A stretch of DNA of 63,645 nt, filler included, from Octopus bimaculoides (GCF_001194135.2; 5 parts of 5 records of this genome joined end to end with filler, not necessarily neighbours in it); one strand, 5' to 3'. Shown: positions 37,866-50,146, counted from the whole stretch's first letter. Translations and numbers: made by a program. Notes: generated by a model from the letters alone, not told the origin.

Positions 37866-38470
37866 AAGGAGGGGAGGGGACCAGTCGATTAGATCGAACC
37901 CAGTACGCAACTGGTACTTCATTTATCGACCCCGAAAGGATGAAAGGCAAAGTCGACCTCTGCGAAATTTAAACTCAGAAATACCGCTAGGCATTTCATC
38001 TAGCGTGCTAACGTTTCTTATTTCTTTATTGCCCACAAGGGGCTAAACATAGAGGGGACAAACAAGGACAGACAAAGGAATTAAATCGATTACATCGACC
38101 CAGTGCGTAACTGGTACTTAATTTATCGACTCCGAAAGGATGAAAGGCAAAGTCGACCTCGGCAGAATTTGAACTCAGAACGTAGCTGCAGACGAAATAC
38201 TGCTAAGCATTTCGCCCGACGTACTAGCGTTTCTGCCAGCTCACCGCCTTTCAAAATATATTTTTCTACTCAAGGCACAAGGCCCGAAATTTTGGGGGAG
38301 GGGGCCAGTCGATTAGATCGACCGCAGTACGCAATTGGTACTTAATTTATCGACCTCGAAAGGATAAAAGGCAAAGTCGACTTCCGCGGAAATTGAACTC
38401 AGAACATAAAGACAGACGAAACACCGCTAAGCATTTCCCCCGGCGTGCTAACGTTTCTGCCTGCTCACCG
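37866..38470 (-). mobile_element. Three head-to-tail family B SINE copies (a further degenerate copy at about 38600-38700)
   Basis: The core cgaaaggatgaaaggcaaagtcgacc appears near 37935, 38135 and 38360. The middle copy has a different 3' tail (38018-38090). Confidence 0.9.
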
Positions 38471-38719
38471 CTTTACACGTGTAGTCATTAACACCTTATT
38501 TTGAAGCCCATAGTTGGTGCCTCCTCTACTGCCATCTCTATCGTTATTACCACATTCACTTATATGAAGTTAGAGCTGGTTATATGAACCAGTAATCCAC
38601 TGAAGTGTACTTTATCATCGACGGAAGGATTGAAAGCAAAGCTGGACTCGGCTGCTTTCGAACTCAGGTCAACTCAGTCAGTGTTCGGCAATTACCGATT
38701 CTGTATATCTCTATCTTGT

Positions 38720-39090
38720 ATGCTTTACTTGTTCCAGGCCTTAGACTACGCCCATACTGGGGCAGAGACGTAAAAAATTTTTTAGTCGAATGAATCGATT
38801 GCAGCACTTTTTTAAAAATAAAAGCTGGTACTTACTGTATCGGTCTCTCTTCCCTAACCGTTAAGTTACGGGGACGTAAACACACTAACACCGGTTGGTG
38901 AGGCACAAACTGAGACACACATCCACACACATACAACAGGCTTGTTTCAGTCCAATAAATCCACCCTCAATGCTTTGGAACGGTCCAGGGCTACAATAGC
39001 AGACACTCGTCTAAGTTGCTACGAGGTGGGACTGAACCCGGAACCATGTAGTTGGGAAGCAAGCTTCTTACCACCCAGCTGCGCCTGCCC
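38720..39090 (-). mobile_element. Composite C+D SINE
   Basis: C head at 38925-39090 joined through a short CA-rich linker to the D module at 38720-38905. Confidence 0.75.
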
Positions 39091-39391
39091 CTGCATATGG
39101 GCACGGATAGAATGCCCTTCATCTTTGAAGAGACCTAGGGTCACACAACAACAATGACAACGTCTGAGTAGCGATTCAACGAAGGCGTCTCTGCGTCGAT
39201 TTCTGATATGCTAGAAATACCAGCCAAATCTCGTTGGAATCTCTTTCTGCAGTCACGTTGAGTAACGTGGTCCTTGGTTCTCAGTACATATGAAAATAAT
39301 AGGATGGATGGTTATGGTTGGAATGTCTTCTGGAATGCCTTTGATCGTGAACTTCTGTGGGTTCGGAATTGATCTTTGGGTTAATGTGTGT

Positions 39392-39770
39392 TGGCACTCC
39401 GTGGGTTACGACGTCGAGGGGTCCCAGTTGATCCGATTAACGGAACAGCCTGCTCGTGAAATTAACGTGCAAGTGGCTGAGCACTCCACAGACACGTGTA
39501 CCCTTAACGTAGTTCTCGGGGATATTCAGCGTAAAACAGTGTGACAAGGCTGACCCTTTGAATTACAGGCACAACAGAAACAGGAAGTAAGAGTGAGAGA
39601 AAGTTGTGGTGAAAGAGTACAGAAGGGTTCGCCACCATCCCCTGCCGGAACCTCGTGGAGCTTTGGGTGTTTTCGCTCAATAAACACTCACAACGCCCGG
39701 TCTGGGAATCGAAACCGCGATCCTATGACCGCGAGTCCGCTGCCCTAACAACTGGGCCATTGCACCTCCA
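39392..39770 (-). mobile_element. SINE family A, full length
   Basis: Minus-strand head gtggaggtgcaatggcccagttgttagggcagcgg...gtttcgattcc; tail ...ggatcaactgggacccctcgacgtcgtaacccacggagtgcca. Confidence 0.92.
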
Positions 39771-40783
39771 CGATCTTGGGTTAAACAGCACAAACAATGA
39801 AATAAGTGCCATCTGCATCAGATAAAAAAAAAGTTTAAAAAAAAACAGCTTAGAAGATAGGTGAGAGAAAGAAAGAGAGAGAATGAGAGAGAGCGAGAGA
39901 GTGAGAGAGAATGAGAGAGAGCGAGAGAGTGAGAGAGAGAAAGAGAGAGATAGTGGAATGAATAAATATTACTATAGAAAACAAGCAGCCACTCATCCAA
40001 CCATCCAACCAGTAGACCAGCCACCTCGCCGGCCTGCCAGTCAACCAACCAGCCAGCCAACCAACAGTTCGTTAGCATCATTGTAGGCTGGCATTCATTG
40101 GGAGAAGGCAGAGCGATAGCGGGCGGCTTGTTACATACGAGCTTCTACAACAGCAGGCGAGATCTGGTGGGACGAGACATATATATCAAATAAGCAATTG
40201 ATATGACGAATCCAGTTTAGACACCGAGTCTAGATGCTTCTATTGCTTATATTTATTCAGTTCATTATAAACACACATACGCACACACTCTCAGTTTCAC
40301 TCCCCGATCTCCCTCTCTCTCTCTTCGTCTTTTCCCCCTCTCTACACTTCTATCCTTCTCTTTCAGTCTCTCTGCTTTACTATTTCTGATTCTCACTCCC
40401 CCCTCTCTCTCTCTATCTATCACTGTTTCAATTGTTTTGTGTTTGTTAAGCGAGGAAAAACACTGTCTTCTGCCAATCAGCAAGTGTTCAGTGAATTTTA
40501 ATGACGACAGACGATAGGTCTCCCCTTTCTGGAAGCGGAGATAATTTCAATGAATGAAGAAGAATTCATCTTCTATGTTATTTAATATTCCTTTATCCGA
40601 CTTTGTTTTTCCAACTCCATCCCACTGGCCCTCTTCATTTATTTCTTTTCGTCCATTTTCGTCTCCACTCTGCAATTTAACTCGGCCATGAATGCGCTTC
40701 CATCTCTCTCTATCTCCCTCTTTCTCACTCAGGCGTTCTCACTACATATATATACACGAAGTTTATATATTCTTTCATTCTTT

Positions 40784-41000
40784 TAATCTTTTACTTGTTT
40801 CAAGCATTTGACTGCGGCCTTGCTGGAGCACTACCTTAAAGGGTTTTTTTTTAGTCGAAGAAATCGACCCCCAGGACTTATGATTCGCAAGCCTAGTTAG
40901 TACTTATTCAATTCAATCTGTCTGTTTTAGCGAACCGCTAAGTTACGGGACATAAACACACCAACATCAGTTGTCAAGCGATGGTGGTGGTGGTGGTGGG
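40784..41000 (-). mobile_element. SINE family D module
   Basis: ttttacttgtttcaagcatttgactgcggcc...gaaccgctaagttacggg...ggggacaaacacac. Confidence 0.88.
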
Positions 41001-41002
41001 GA

Positions 41003-41040
<38 letters not shown>

Positions 41041-41500
41041 NNNNNNNNNNNNNNNNNNNNNNNNNNNNNNNNNNNNNNNNNNNNNNNNNNNNNNNNNNNN
41101 NNNNNNNNNNNNNNNNNNNNNNNNNNNNNNNNNNNNNNNNNNNNNNNNNNNNNNNNNNNNNNNNNNNNNNNNNNNNNNNNNNNNNNNNNNNNNNNNNNNN
41201 NNNNNNNNNNNNNNNNNNNNNNNNNNNNNNNNNNNNNNNNNNNNNNNNNNNNNNNNNNNNNNNNNNNNNNNNNNNNNNNNNNNNNNNNNNNNNNNNNNNN
41301 NNNNNNNNNNNNNNNNNNNNNNNNNNNNNNNNNNNNNNNNNNNNNNNNNNNNNNNNNNNNNNNNNNNNNNNNNNNNNNNNNNNNNNNNNNNNNNNNNNNN
41401 NNNNNNNNNNNNNNNNNNNNNNNNNNNNNNNNNNNNNNNNNNNNNNNNNNNNNNNNNNNNNNNNNNNNNNNNNNNNNNNNNNNNNNNNNNNNNNNNNNNN

Positions 41501-41553
<53 letters not shown>

Positions 41554-41574
41554 CATGTATGTTTGTGATCGTGT

Positions 41575-41770
41575 GTGTGTCTGTTTTTCTCTCTGCTTTT
41601 GTCCCATCACAACCAGCGTTGGTATGCTTATGTACCCGCAATCTAGCGTTTCGACAAGCGGGATCGATAAAATAAATCCCAGGCTTGCAAGAAAATAAGA
41701 CAACAAAAAATGTGCTGGGGCTGATTCATTCGATTCAAACTTCTCGAATGGCTGCAGTCTAATCACTGAA
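41575..41770 (+). mobile_element. SINE family D module (diverged)
   Basis: tttgtcccatcacaaccagcgttggtatgcttatgtacccg...aggcttgcaag...aatcactgaa. Confidence 0.7.
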
Positions 41771-41856
41771 GTGACTTACTTAGATTACTTAGATAAGCTC
41801 CGAAGTTGGCCCAGGCCTTGTCTAATTTAATAGTACCACCTGGAAGAGATACACAA

Positions 41857-42240
41857 TCAGGTCTTAGGCACCATAGTCCATTCGAGCAGAGAGTTATTGT
41901 TTCCAGAGACATATCCAGGGGTGGGTGGTTTGTCTGGTATTTGTTGGAGGTAATTATCTAATGCCGTGAAATCACTTTTCTCCTTTATGTAGTTTGGCAC
42001 GATGTTGAAGAGAGCGGGGCTAGTTGAGGTGAAATAGTTCTGTCGAGGTGTTGTGATACGACACGAACATGATTTCTGTAGTAGACGGACGGCACGGGAG
42101 CCAAGCCTCGGATGAATTTTAAAGATGATACCTATATCATTTGGGCAATGTTGATGGAATATTTTCCACGAAAGGCAAAATTGACATGGGCGAACGAAAA
42201 GATTCGAAACAAATTTATAAGACATATTGTCCGACGCTCT
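41857..42240 (-). mobile_element. Non-LTR retrotransposon ORF2 C-terminal fragment (CR1/L2/Crack-like group)
   Basis: WKIFHQ...IHPRLG...PALFNIVPNYIK...LDNYLQQIPDKPPTPGYVSGNNNSLLEW resembles invertebrate LINE C-termini. Exact clade not determinable by eye. Confidence 0.75.
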
Positions 42241-42359
42241 AGCGTTTCTGNNNNNNNNNNTTAGATATTTTGTTTGAAATCATCGGTTATTATTTTAAAC
42301 TCTTCTCTCTTTCTTTCTCTCTCTCTCTCTTTCTCTCTCTCTCTCGCTCCCTTCTCCCT

Positions 42360-42395
<36 letters not shown>

Positions 42396-42429
42396 TCCAC
42401 AATCTACAAAGCGCCGCATTCCCAGATAT

Positions 42430-43060
42430 GAAATATACAACAGTGTCTTCCTTTCTGATAAATGATTCCAGTCTTGAAAGCCATCCTTTATTTACGGCAT
42501 TGTTATCAGTTTTCTTTCCATCCTTCCTTCCGCCCGTTTTTTTTTCCTTCCAATCCTTTTTCTTGTCTTCATTCCTCCCTTCCTTCTTTCCTTTCTTCCT
42601 TCTTTTCTCTTTCTTACTTTTTCTTTCTGCGTTTATTTTTATCGTTTCTTCCTTTTTATCTTTTTTCTTGTTTTCCTTGCTTCTTTCTTTTTTCCCTTTC
42701 TTATTCTCACTCTTTCTTTCTACCTTTTTGTTCTGACATCTTTTCCTTCTTTGTTTCCTTTCCTTCTTTGTTTCCTTTCCTTCTTTCTTATTTAACTTCT
42801 TTTGTTCTTTCTTTCTTTCTTTTTCTTTCATTACCCTCCATGTTTTTGTCTCAGCCTCTCAGTCTTCCTTCCACCTTCTCATCCTTCCATCCTTTATCTT
42901 CCTTATCTCTTTCCTACTTACCACCCTTCTTTCTCTCCATTTTTCCTTCTCTTCTCTTTGACGTTTTCCTTCTTTATATCTGCCTTTCTTTCAAAAATTC
43001 TTCATTTCTATCTACGCTACATTTTTTTCTTTCTCCTTTTTCTTTCATTCTTTCTCTTCA
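42430..43060. repeat. Pyrimidine-rich low-complexity tract
   Basis: About 630 nt, predominantly T/C on the + strand. Confidence 0.9.
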
Positions 43061-43234
43061 TATCTTATCTGGTCATTATGTCTTGTGCAAGTCCTTATTT
43101 TATCGTTCTTTGATAGTTCAGCCATTATCTTCTTCTTCCCTCTCAGCCATTCAATTAAGTCTTCGTCTATTGGCGTCTCGCATGGAACATACAAAAATAC
43201 TTCGACATTTTTCTGTGGTCCTCTTCTCTTTAAG
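43045..43234 (-). CDS. Candidate exon (LKRRGPQKNVEVFLYVPCETPIDEDLIEWLRGKKKIMAELSKNDKIRTCTRHNDQ...)
   Basis: Complex-sequence island between low-complexity tracts, with acceptor ttctcctatcag and an open frame to TGA. Alternative + strand frames are also open. Confidence 0.3.
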
Positions 43235-43274
43235 CTGATAGGAGAAGCAGTATATATATAGTACATACATATAC

Positions 43275-43414
43275 TCTTCTTCTTCTTCTTCTTCTTCTTC
43301 TTCTTCTTCTTCTTCTTCTTCTTCTTCTTCTTCTTTTTCTTTTTCTTCTTCTTCTTCTTCTTCTTCTTCTTCTTCTTCTTCTTCTTCTTCTTCTTCTTCT
43401 TCTTCTTCTTCTTC
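43275..43414. repeat. (TTC)n/(GAA)n microsatellite
   Basis: About 140 nt of trinucleotide repeat with one short interruption. Confidence 0.95.
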
Positions 43415-43447
43415 TCTTTCTATCGAAGTCGTCCTGGTAATCAGATG

Positions 43448-43512
<65 letters not shown>

Positions 43513-43612
43513 CATCTCTGTTCGTCCGTCTCTCCTTTTATAAACATACATACATTCATGCATGCATACATACATACATACATACGTACACACACATACA
43601 CATATATATACA

Positions 43613-43649
<37 letters not shown>

Positions 43650-45255
43650 GTTTTATGTACAGACATGTATGTTAATTATGGAAATTTATCATCGTTTCAA
43701 AGTAATACCTAACAAAAAATATCGAAAATATGCCGCAGGTTATTAATATCGTCAACACAAACCATACACCAGTAACAACAAACATCACTTAGTATCTATT
43801 ATAATAAGCTGCTGCCGCATTGATTGTCTAAGCTATAAATTCTTGGCACAGTACACTACAGAGCAATCTTGTTTGAAAGGCAGAAGACAGGGCTTCTGAA
43901 ATAATAATCGGCTTTGTTAAATGCCTGCAATCGTAGACCGTTCACCCCGTTAAGCGGCCAGACGGGTCGGGTCATTAATGCAGCCCTTGGAAATTCTCTT
44001 CTGCCGTTCTGCCGTTCTGCCGTTCTGCCGTTCTGCCATTCTCTTTCTGCTGTTTATCGTTCGCATGCTTCTTCGAAGGTTTTTTTTTTGCACCATCGTG
44101 GAAATTATTGATTCCATTCCTGACATTGAACTTATATTGTGTTATTGGCAATAGGCAGACACGCGCATGCGCCCGTGCATATAAATGTATTTATATTCAG
44201 ACACACACACACATATACACACAGACACACACATGTTTGTATACGTATATATCTATGTATATGTATGTACTATATACATACATATATATATATATATATA
44301 TANNNNNNNNNNNNNNNNNNNNNNNNNNNNNNNNNNNNNNNNNNNNNNNNNNNNNNNNNNNNNNNNNNNNNNNNNNNNNNNNNNNNNNNNNNNNNNNNNN
44401 NNNNNNNNNNNNNNNNNNNNNNNNNNNNNNNNNNNNNNNNNNNNNNNNNNNNNNNNNNNNNNNNNNNNNNNNNNNNNNNNNNNNNNNNNNNNNNNNNNNN
44501 NNNNNNNNNNNNNNNNNNNNNNNNNNNNNNNNNNNNNNNNNNNNNNNNNNNNNNNNNNNNNNNNNNNNNNNNNNNNNNNNNNNNNNNNNNNNNNNNNNNN
44601 NNNNNNNNNNNNNNNNNNNNNNNNNNNNNNNNNNNNNNNNNNNNNNNNNNNNNNNNNNNNNNNNNNNNNNNNNNNNNNNNNNNNNNNNNNNNNNNNNNNN
44701 NNNNNNNNNNNNNNNNNNNNNNNNNNNNNNNNNNNNNNNNNNNNNNNNNNNNNNNNNNNNNNNNNNNNNNNNNNNNNNNNNNNNNNNNNNNNNNNNNNNN
44801 NNNNNNNNNNNNNNNNNNNNNNNNNNNNNNNNNNNNNNNNNNNNNNNNNNNNNNNNNNNNNNNNNNNNNNNNNNNNNNNNNNNNNNNNNNNNNNNNNNNN
44901 NNNNNNNNNNNNNNNNNNNNNNNNNNNNNNNNGGGGGGGGGGGTAGAAATGCACAGCGATGCGTTTAATTTTCCTTTATTTTCCTTTTCTTATTTTGTTT
45001 TCTTTGGTTTTGAGTCATTTCTTAGACTCCGCCTCCAAGTGCTTTTGTGAATCGTACTAACCCGAGTACATACTTCATTCAGCTTGCTACATATTTTAAA
45101 GATCTCCAATTGTCGTACCGCTTTGTTATGAACATAAAGAATGACACCGATGTTGTTTTCACAGACACAGACACAAAGACCCACCACAAATGCTCATATG
45201 CACACACACAATACCTCTGTCTGTCCGTCTGATTGCCTCTCTATCTCTCTCTCTG

Positions 45256-45288
<33 letters not shown>

Positions 45289-45291
45289 GAC

Positions 45292-45334
<43 letters not shown>

Positions 45335-45921
45335 GTCTGTCTGTCTCTCTCTGTCTGTCTCTCTCTCTGTCTGTCTCTCTGTCTGTCTATCTGTCTGTCT
45401 GTCTGTCTCTCTGTCTGTCTGTCTCTCTCTCTCTCTCTGTATGTATATGTATGTATGTATGTATGTATGTATCTAGCAATCTGTCTGTCTTCTATCTATC
45501 TATCTATCTATCTATCTCAGCATGGCTGCAATCAAAGTAAATAAGAGAATAAATGAATATAAGAATAAAAGAATATACGTATATACCCTGTGTGTATATT
45601 ATGGTGCATGTATATATATATATATATATATATATNNNNNNNNNNNNNNNNNNNNNNNNNNNNNNNNNNNNNNNNNNNNNNNNNNNNNNNNNNNNNNNNN
45701 NNNNNNNNNNNNNNNNNNNNNNNNNNNNNNNNNNNNNNNNNNNNNNNNNNNNNNNNNNNNNNNNNNNNNNNNNNNNNNNNNNNNNNNNNNNNNNNNNNNN
45801 NNNNNNNNNNNNNNNNNNNNNNTATTTGTATACATATTTGTATACATATACATGTGTGTATAATCATATATACATGTATCTACACACAGACAGACATATA
45901 TAGATAAACAGATGCATGATT

Positions 45922-45962
<41 letters not shown>

Positions 45963-46544
45963 CACATACGCACTCACGCACGTTATACACACACACTTTT
46001 GAACGCACATGGAACACATTCAGAGCCACCCGTACATATACTCAAACCGCGAAAGTTTTCAATTTGTGAAACTTACTGGCAACCTTCCAATTAATATCAA
46101 CAACGCTAATTGAAAACTCTGCCTTCACTGCCAAAATTTGTCAGTTCACACCTACCAACACGACTGCTGATCAGACTATTCTCTATTTGTATTTCTCAAA
46201 CGTTGGATCTACGGAGGACATTGCCCTAGGCTGTTTGCTAACTTCCCCATCTCTCTCTCTCTTGCAGATTCTTCTATCTATTGTAGAGCTGTGTTATGTT
46301 GGTGGTGTGCTGGAGTTTTGTAATTTTGTAGTTTTGATTTGCTGCAGTGGTTCCTTATGTTAATATAAAATATACACTGACTTTATTAGTGAGATAATAC
46401 AGTGAAGCGGTGATGTACTGTTTTACTGGTGCAACAGTACAGCGGTTTAGTAAAAGAAAGATACGCAATAATTTAGTGCTAGGGTTCCATAAGCAGCATA
46501 GCGAAATGGTTTTTTTTTTGCTCAGGACTCGATCTAAGGGTATT

Positions 46545-47390
46545 ATTATTTGGCGGACGGAAACCGTGTGGAAACATCCCCCCCGCATCCGCTACCAGAT
46601 GGATTTGTAGCTGTAATTTAATGGCTGAGCTTTGTCACACTGTTTCGTTGAGTATTAAGGGTGTATCTGTCACGGAATACTCAGCAACTTGTATGATAAT
46701 TCAACGAGTAAGTTGTTCAGTTGATTGAAAACTAAATCCTAATCGTCGAACCTGAGACAACGATACATTTTTACTAAGTACTACAGTGAAGTACTGTTAA
46801 CAATCGCGGTACTCCGTCGGTTATCACGACGAGCGTTCCAGTTGATCCGATCAACGGAACAAACTGCTCGTGAAATTAACGTGCAAGTGGCTGAGCACTC
46901 CACAGACGCGTGTACCCTTAACGTAGTTTTCGGGGGAGATTCAGCATTGTTACATAGTGTGACAAGGCTGGCCCTTTGAAATACAGGTACAATAGAAACA
47001 GGAAGAAAGAGTGAGAGAAAGTTGTGGTGAAAAAATACACAGGGTTCACCACCAACCCCTGCCGGAGCCTCGTGGAGCTGTAGGTGTTTTCGCTCAACGC
47101 CCGGTCTGGGAATCGAAACCACGATCCTATGCCCGCGACTCCGCTGCCCTAACCACTGGGTCATTGCGCCTTCACCCTGTTAACAATAACTGTGAGAACA
47201 TTACACAACAAGTAACTAACCGTAAGTTGTTTATACGTAAAGTGTAATCTATCGAAGTGTGAGTACGTAAAGTGGCACTCCGTCGGTCACGACGATGCGG
47301 GTTCCAGTTGATCCAATGTTACACTGGAACAGTTTGCTCGTGAAATTAACGTGTAAGTGGCTGAGTACTCCACAGACACACGTGCTCTTA
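46545..47390 (-). mobile_element. Cluster of family A SINEs (degenerate 46545-46770, full 46805-47174, tail-only 47272-47390)
   Basis: Repeated ctcgtgaaattaacgtg(c/t)aagtggctgag(c/t)actccacagac. tRNA-like head at 47100-47174. Confidence 0.85.
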
Positions 47391-47539
47391 AGAATACGCG
47401 TGTGTGTGGACTTAGTAGTTCGATTAATTCAACGACTTACTCTTTCAATTATCTCTGAATTAATTGAATATGTTTTATTTACTCATAGACTTATCTTTGA
47501 GTACTTTACTCCAACTGGCTGCATTTGTCAACCTTGGAC

Positions 47540-47720
47540 CATATTTTAGATGTAGTCTTTAGATCGCGGCCATGCTGGGGCACTTCCTCGAAAAGTTTGT
47601 AGTCGAATGCATTGATCCCGAACCATTTTTATTTTTAAAGCCTGGTACTTATTCTACCAATCACTTTGGGCCGAACCGCTAAGTTATAGGGACGTAAACA
47701 CAACAGCAATTGTCAAGCGG
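47540..47720 (-). mobile_element. SINE family D module
   Basis: gcggccatgctggggcac...cctggtacttattcta...gaaccgctaagtta...gtcaagcgg. Confidence 0.8.
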
Positions 47721-49269
47721 ACACAAAGACAGAGAGAAAGAGAGAGAAAGAGAGTGGGAGTGTGTGTGAGAGAGAGAGAGAGAGAGTGAGAGGGAGAAAG
47801 AGAGAGTGAGTGTGAGTGTGTGTGTATGAGAGAGAGAGAGAAAGAGAGAGATTGTGAGTGTGTGTGTGTGTGTAAGAGAGAGAAAGTGAGATAGAAAGAA
47901 AGATAGATAACTAGATATGCATGTGTATATATTTTAAATATCTGNNNNNNNNNNNNNNNNNNNNNNNNNNNNNNNNNNNNNNNNNNNNTTAATTAATTAA
48001 NNNNNNNNNNNNNNNNNNNNNNNNNNNNNNNNNNNNNNNNNNNNATATATATATACATGCAGTGCTATTTTCCCATTAATACAATTACACATTTTTTAAA
48101 TCTCTTTCTACGGAGAATGTTCCTCATAGAAGACAATTTATACAACTTTATTTACTTTTTTTGCTTCGATGATCTACAGAATTAGACTTATACATAATTA
48201 GTTTCCTACGTTTCCAGTATTTCGCTAAATGCCTCGTAGATAATAATGATAATAATAATAATAATAATAATAAAAGAATAAGTGAATTCATTTTGTCGGC
48301 GATGTAGTATTTTCCGTTTTTGGTACAGTATTTTTTTTCTCCTTTTAATGTTTTAATTATTATTCTCACATTAGCTATACGAAGCAGTAGCACCGCATGA
48401 CGCAAAACAATTGACACAAGTCATGTAAGCTCAATAACATGTGACATTTCCTTCTGACGCCAATTATGCCATTCTTCTTAGCGATCAATGAAGAATGAAT
48501 CCAGAGCCATGCTATCATTTAATACGACACCAGCAGAATAATATCCAAAATAGCGTAAAGTCAGAAACCATTATGAAATGGTGTGAATGCCGATAGTATT
48601 TTATTATCAATTTTATTATCAGCATTATTATCAATTATCCTTTTTAAACTTTTAATATGATACAGATTCATGTTAACGACTGCGTTCATATAATATTTAT
48701 TTTCTCATCTCACATTAATTTTGTACACTAACATATACACATGTGAATAATTATGTATGTATGTGCGTTTCTGTGTGTGTGTGTGTATGAATGTGTGTCA
48801 CATGTTTAAATAGACACTCACACTCACACACACTCATATATAAATGTGAGAAGGTAATATGAATATATGTATGCGTATGCATGTACGTCCATGGATGTTA
48901 TTCAGTAAATCGATAACTCTGCATAGATATACACATATACATTTTCGTCGTATTTACTTATAAGTGCGTATGTACACATCTGTAGACAGATCGATTGATA
49001 AATATACAGATAAACAGTTAAATAGCTAGATATATCCTTATATATGTATANNNNNNNNNNNNNNNNNNNNNNNNNNNNNNNNNNNNNNNNNNNNNNNNNN
49101 NNNNNNNNNNNNNNNNNNNNNNNNNNNNNNNNNNNNNNNNNNNNNNNNNNTATATATTCTAGAATAAAGTGACATATACTGCGTAGGGAGACTTAGCATG
49201 GGATGAAAAGAACATATTTATTTATGCATTCAAACAGCCTCATAGTACTAACATGAAAATTTACTACTT

Positions 49270-49745
49270 TTATCAAAATTAGTTGAGGAATAGCTGTGTG
49301 GTAAGAAGTTTGCTTTCCAATCACATAGTTCCTGGTTCAGACCCACTACGTGGTACCCTGAGCAAGTGTCTTTTACTATGGCCTCAGCTGACCAAAGCCT
49401 TGTGAATGGATTTGGTAGACTGAAAAAAGACTGGCATATATTTACTTGTTTGAATGTGCGTGTGTGTGTATTAGTGTGTTTGTCTGTATTTGTTCCCTAC
49501 CGCCACTTGACATCCGGTTTTATTTCGTTTTCAGCCACGTAAGTTAGAGATTCTGCAAAAGAGATTGATAGTATAAGTACCAGACTTTAAATTAGATATT
49601 TACTGGAGTCGATCGATTTGGCTAATATTCTTAAAGAATACGGGCACAGTCTAATGACTGAAGTAAAATCTAAAACTGTTCGACTGAAGGCGGTACTCCA
49701 ACATGGCCGCAGTCAAAGGACTGAAATAAATGAAAGAATAAGAGA
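49270..49745 (+). mobile_element. Composite C+D SINE
   Basis: ctgtgtggtaagaagtttgc...ccctgagcaagtgtc...ggtagactg, GT-rich linker, D module ending ggccgcagtcaaaggactgaaataaatgaaagaataa. Confidence 0.8.
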
Positions 49746-49920
49746 CGATTTAACTATTTAACTGAAAGTTTTTTAGATTGGCAGATTAGTTCGAGCATCT
49801 GACAAGAAGTTTGCAGCGAAAGTCCTGCTTTTATTTTCTCTACTCAGTTTGAGACTTTTTTGAACGTTCTCGTTATGGTGGAATATGGTGTTTCTTCATC
49901 ATTTATCTAACGATGATATA

Positions 49921-50146
49921 TTGGGTTGTCCGGAAAGTTCGTGCCGATTTATAGTAGCTTACCTTTCAACTTATTTGCCATGAAACCATCTCAATTCTGG
50001 GAAGAGGGTATTTTCATGTTAAAGGAAAGATTGAGATGCATTGTGCAACAAAGTTGTTCATATTTGGTTGATTATAATTGTAATGACATATTTATTGACC
50101 ATTTTCTTTCCTTTAAAAATCGGCACGAACTTTCCGGACAACCCAA
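49921..50146 (+). mobile_element. Mariner-derived MITE
   Basis: Perfect 30-bp TIRs (ttgggttgtccggaaagttcgtgccgattt 49921-49950; inverse 50117-50146), TA on the left and CA on the right. The interior encodes a mariner C-terminus, FAMKPSQFWEEGIFMLKERLRCIVQQSCSYLVD. Confidence 0.92.

Noticed and set aside
37866-38470. CRISPR-like array
   Set aside because: Units are 150-220-bp eukaryotic SINE copies with no unique spacers and no cas genes.
40188-40252. Second miRNA-like hairpin
   Set aside because: A 9-bp outer and 7-bp inner stem are separated by a large asymmetric bulge; not a Drosha-type substrate.
46268-46365. Strong + strand acceptor followed by hydrophobic, Cys-rich frames
   Set aside because: All frames close quickly, the donor is weak, and the pyrimidine tract is just a (CT)n repeat.
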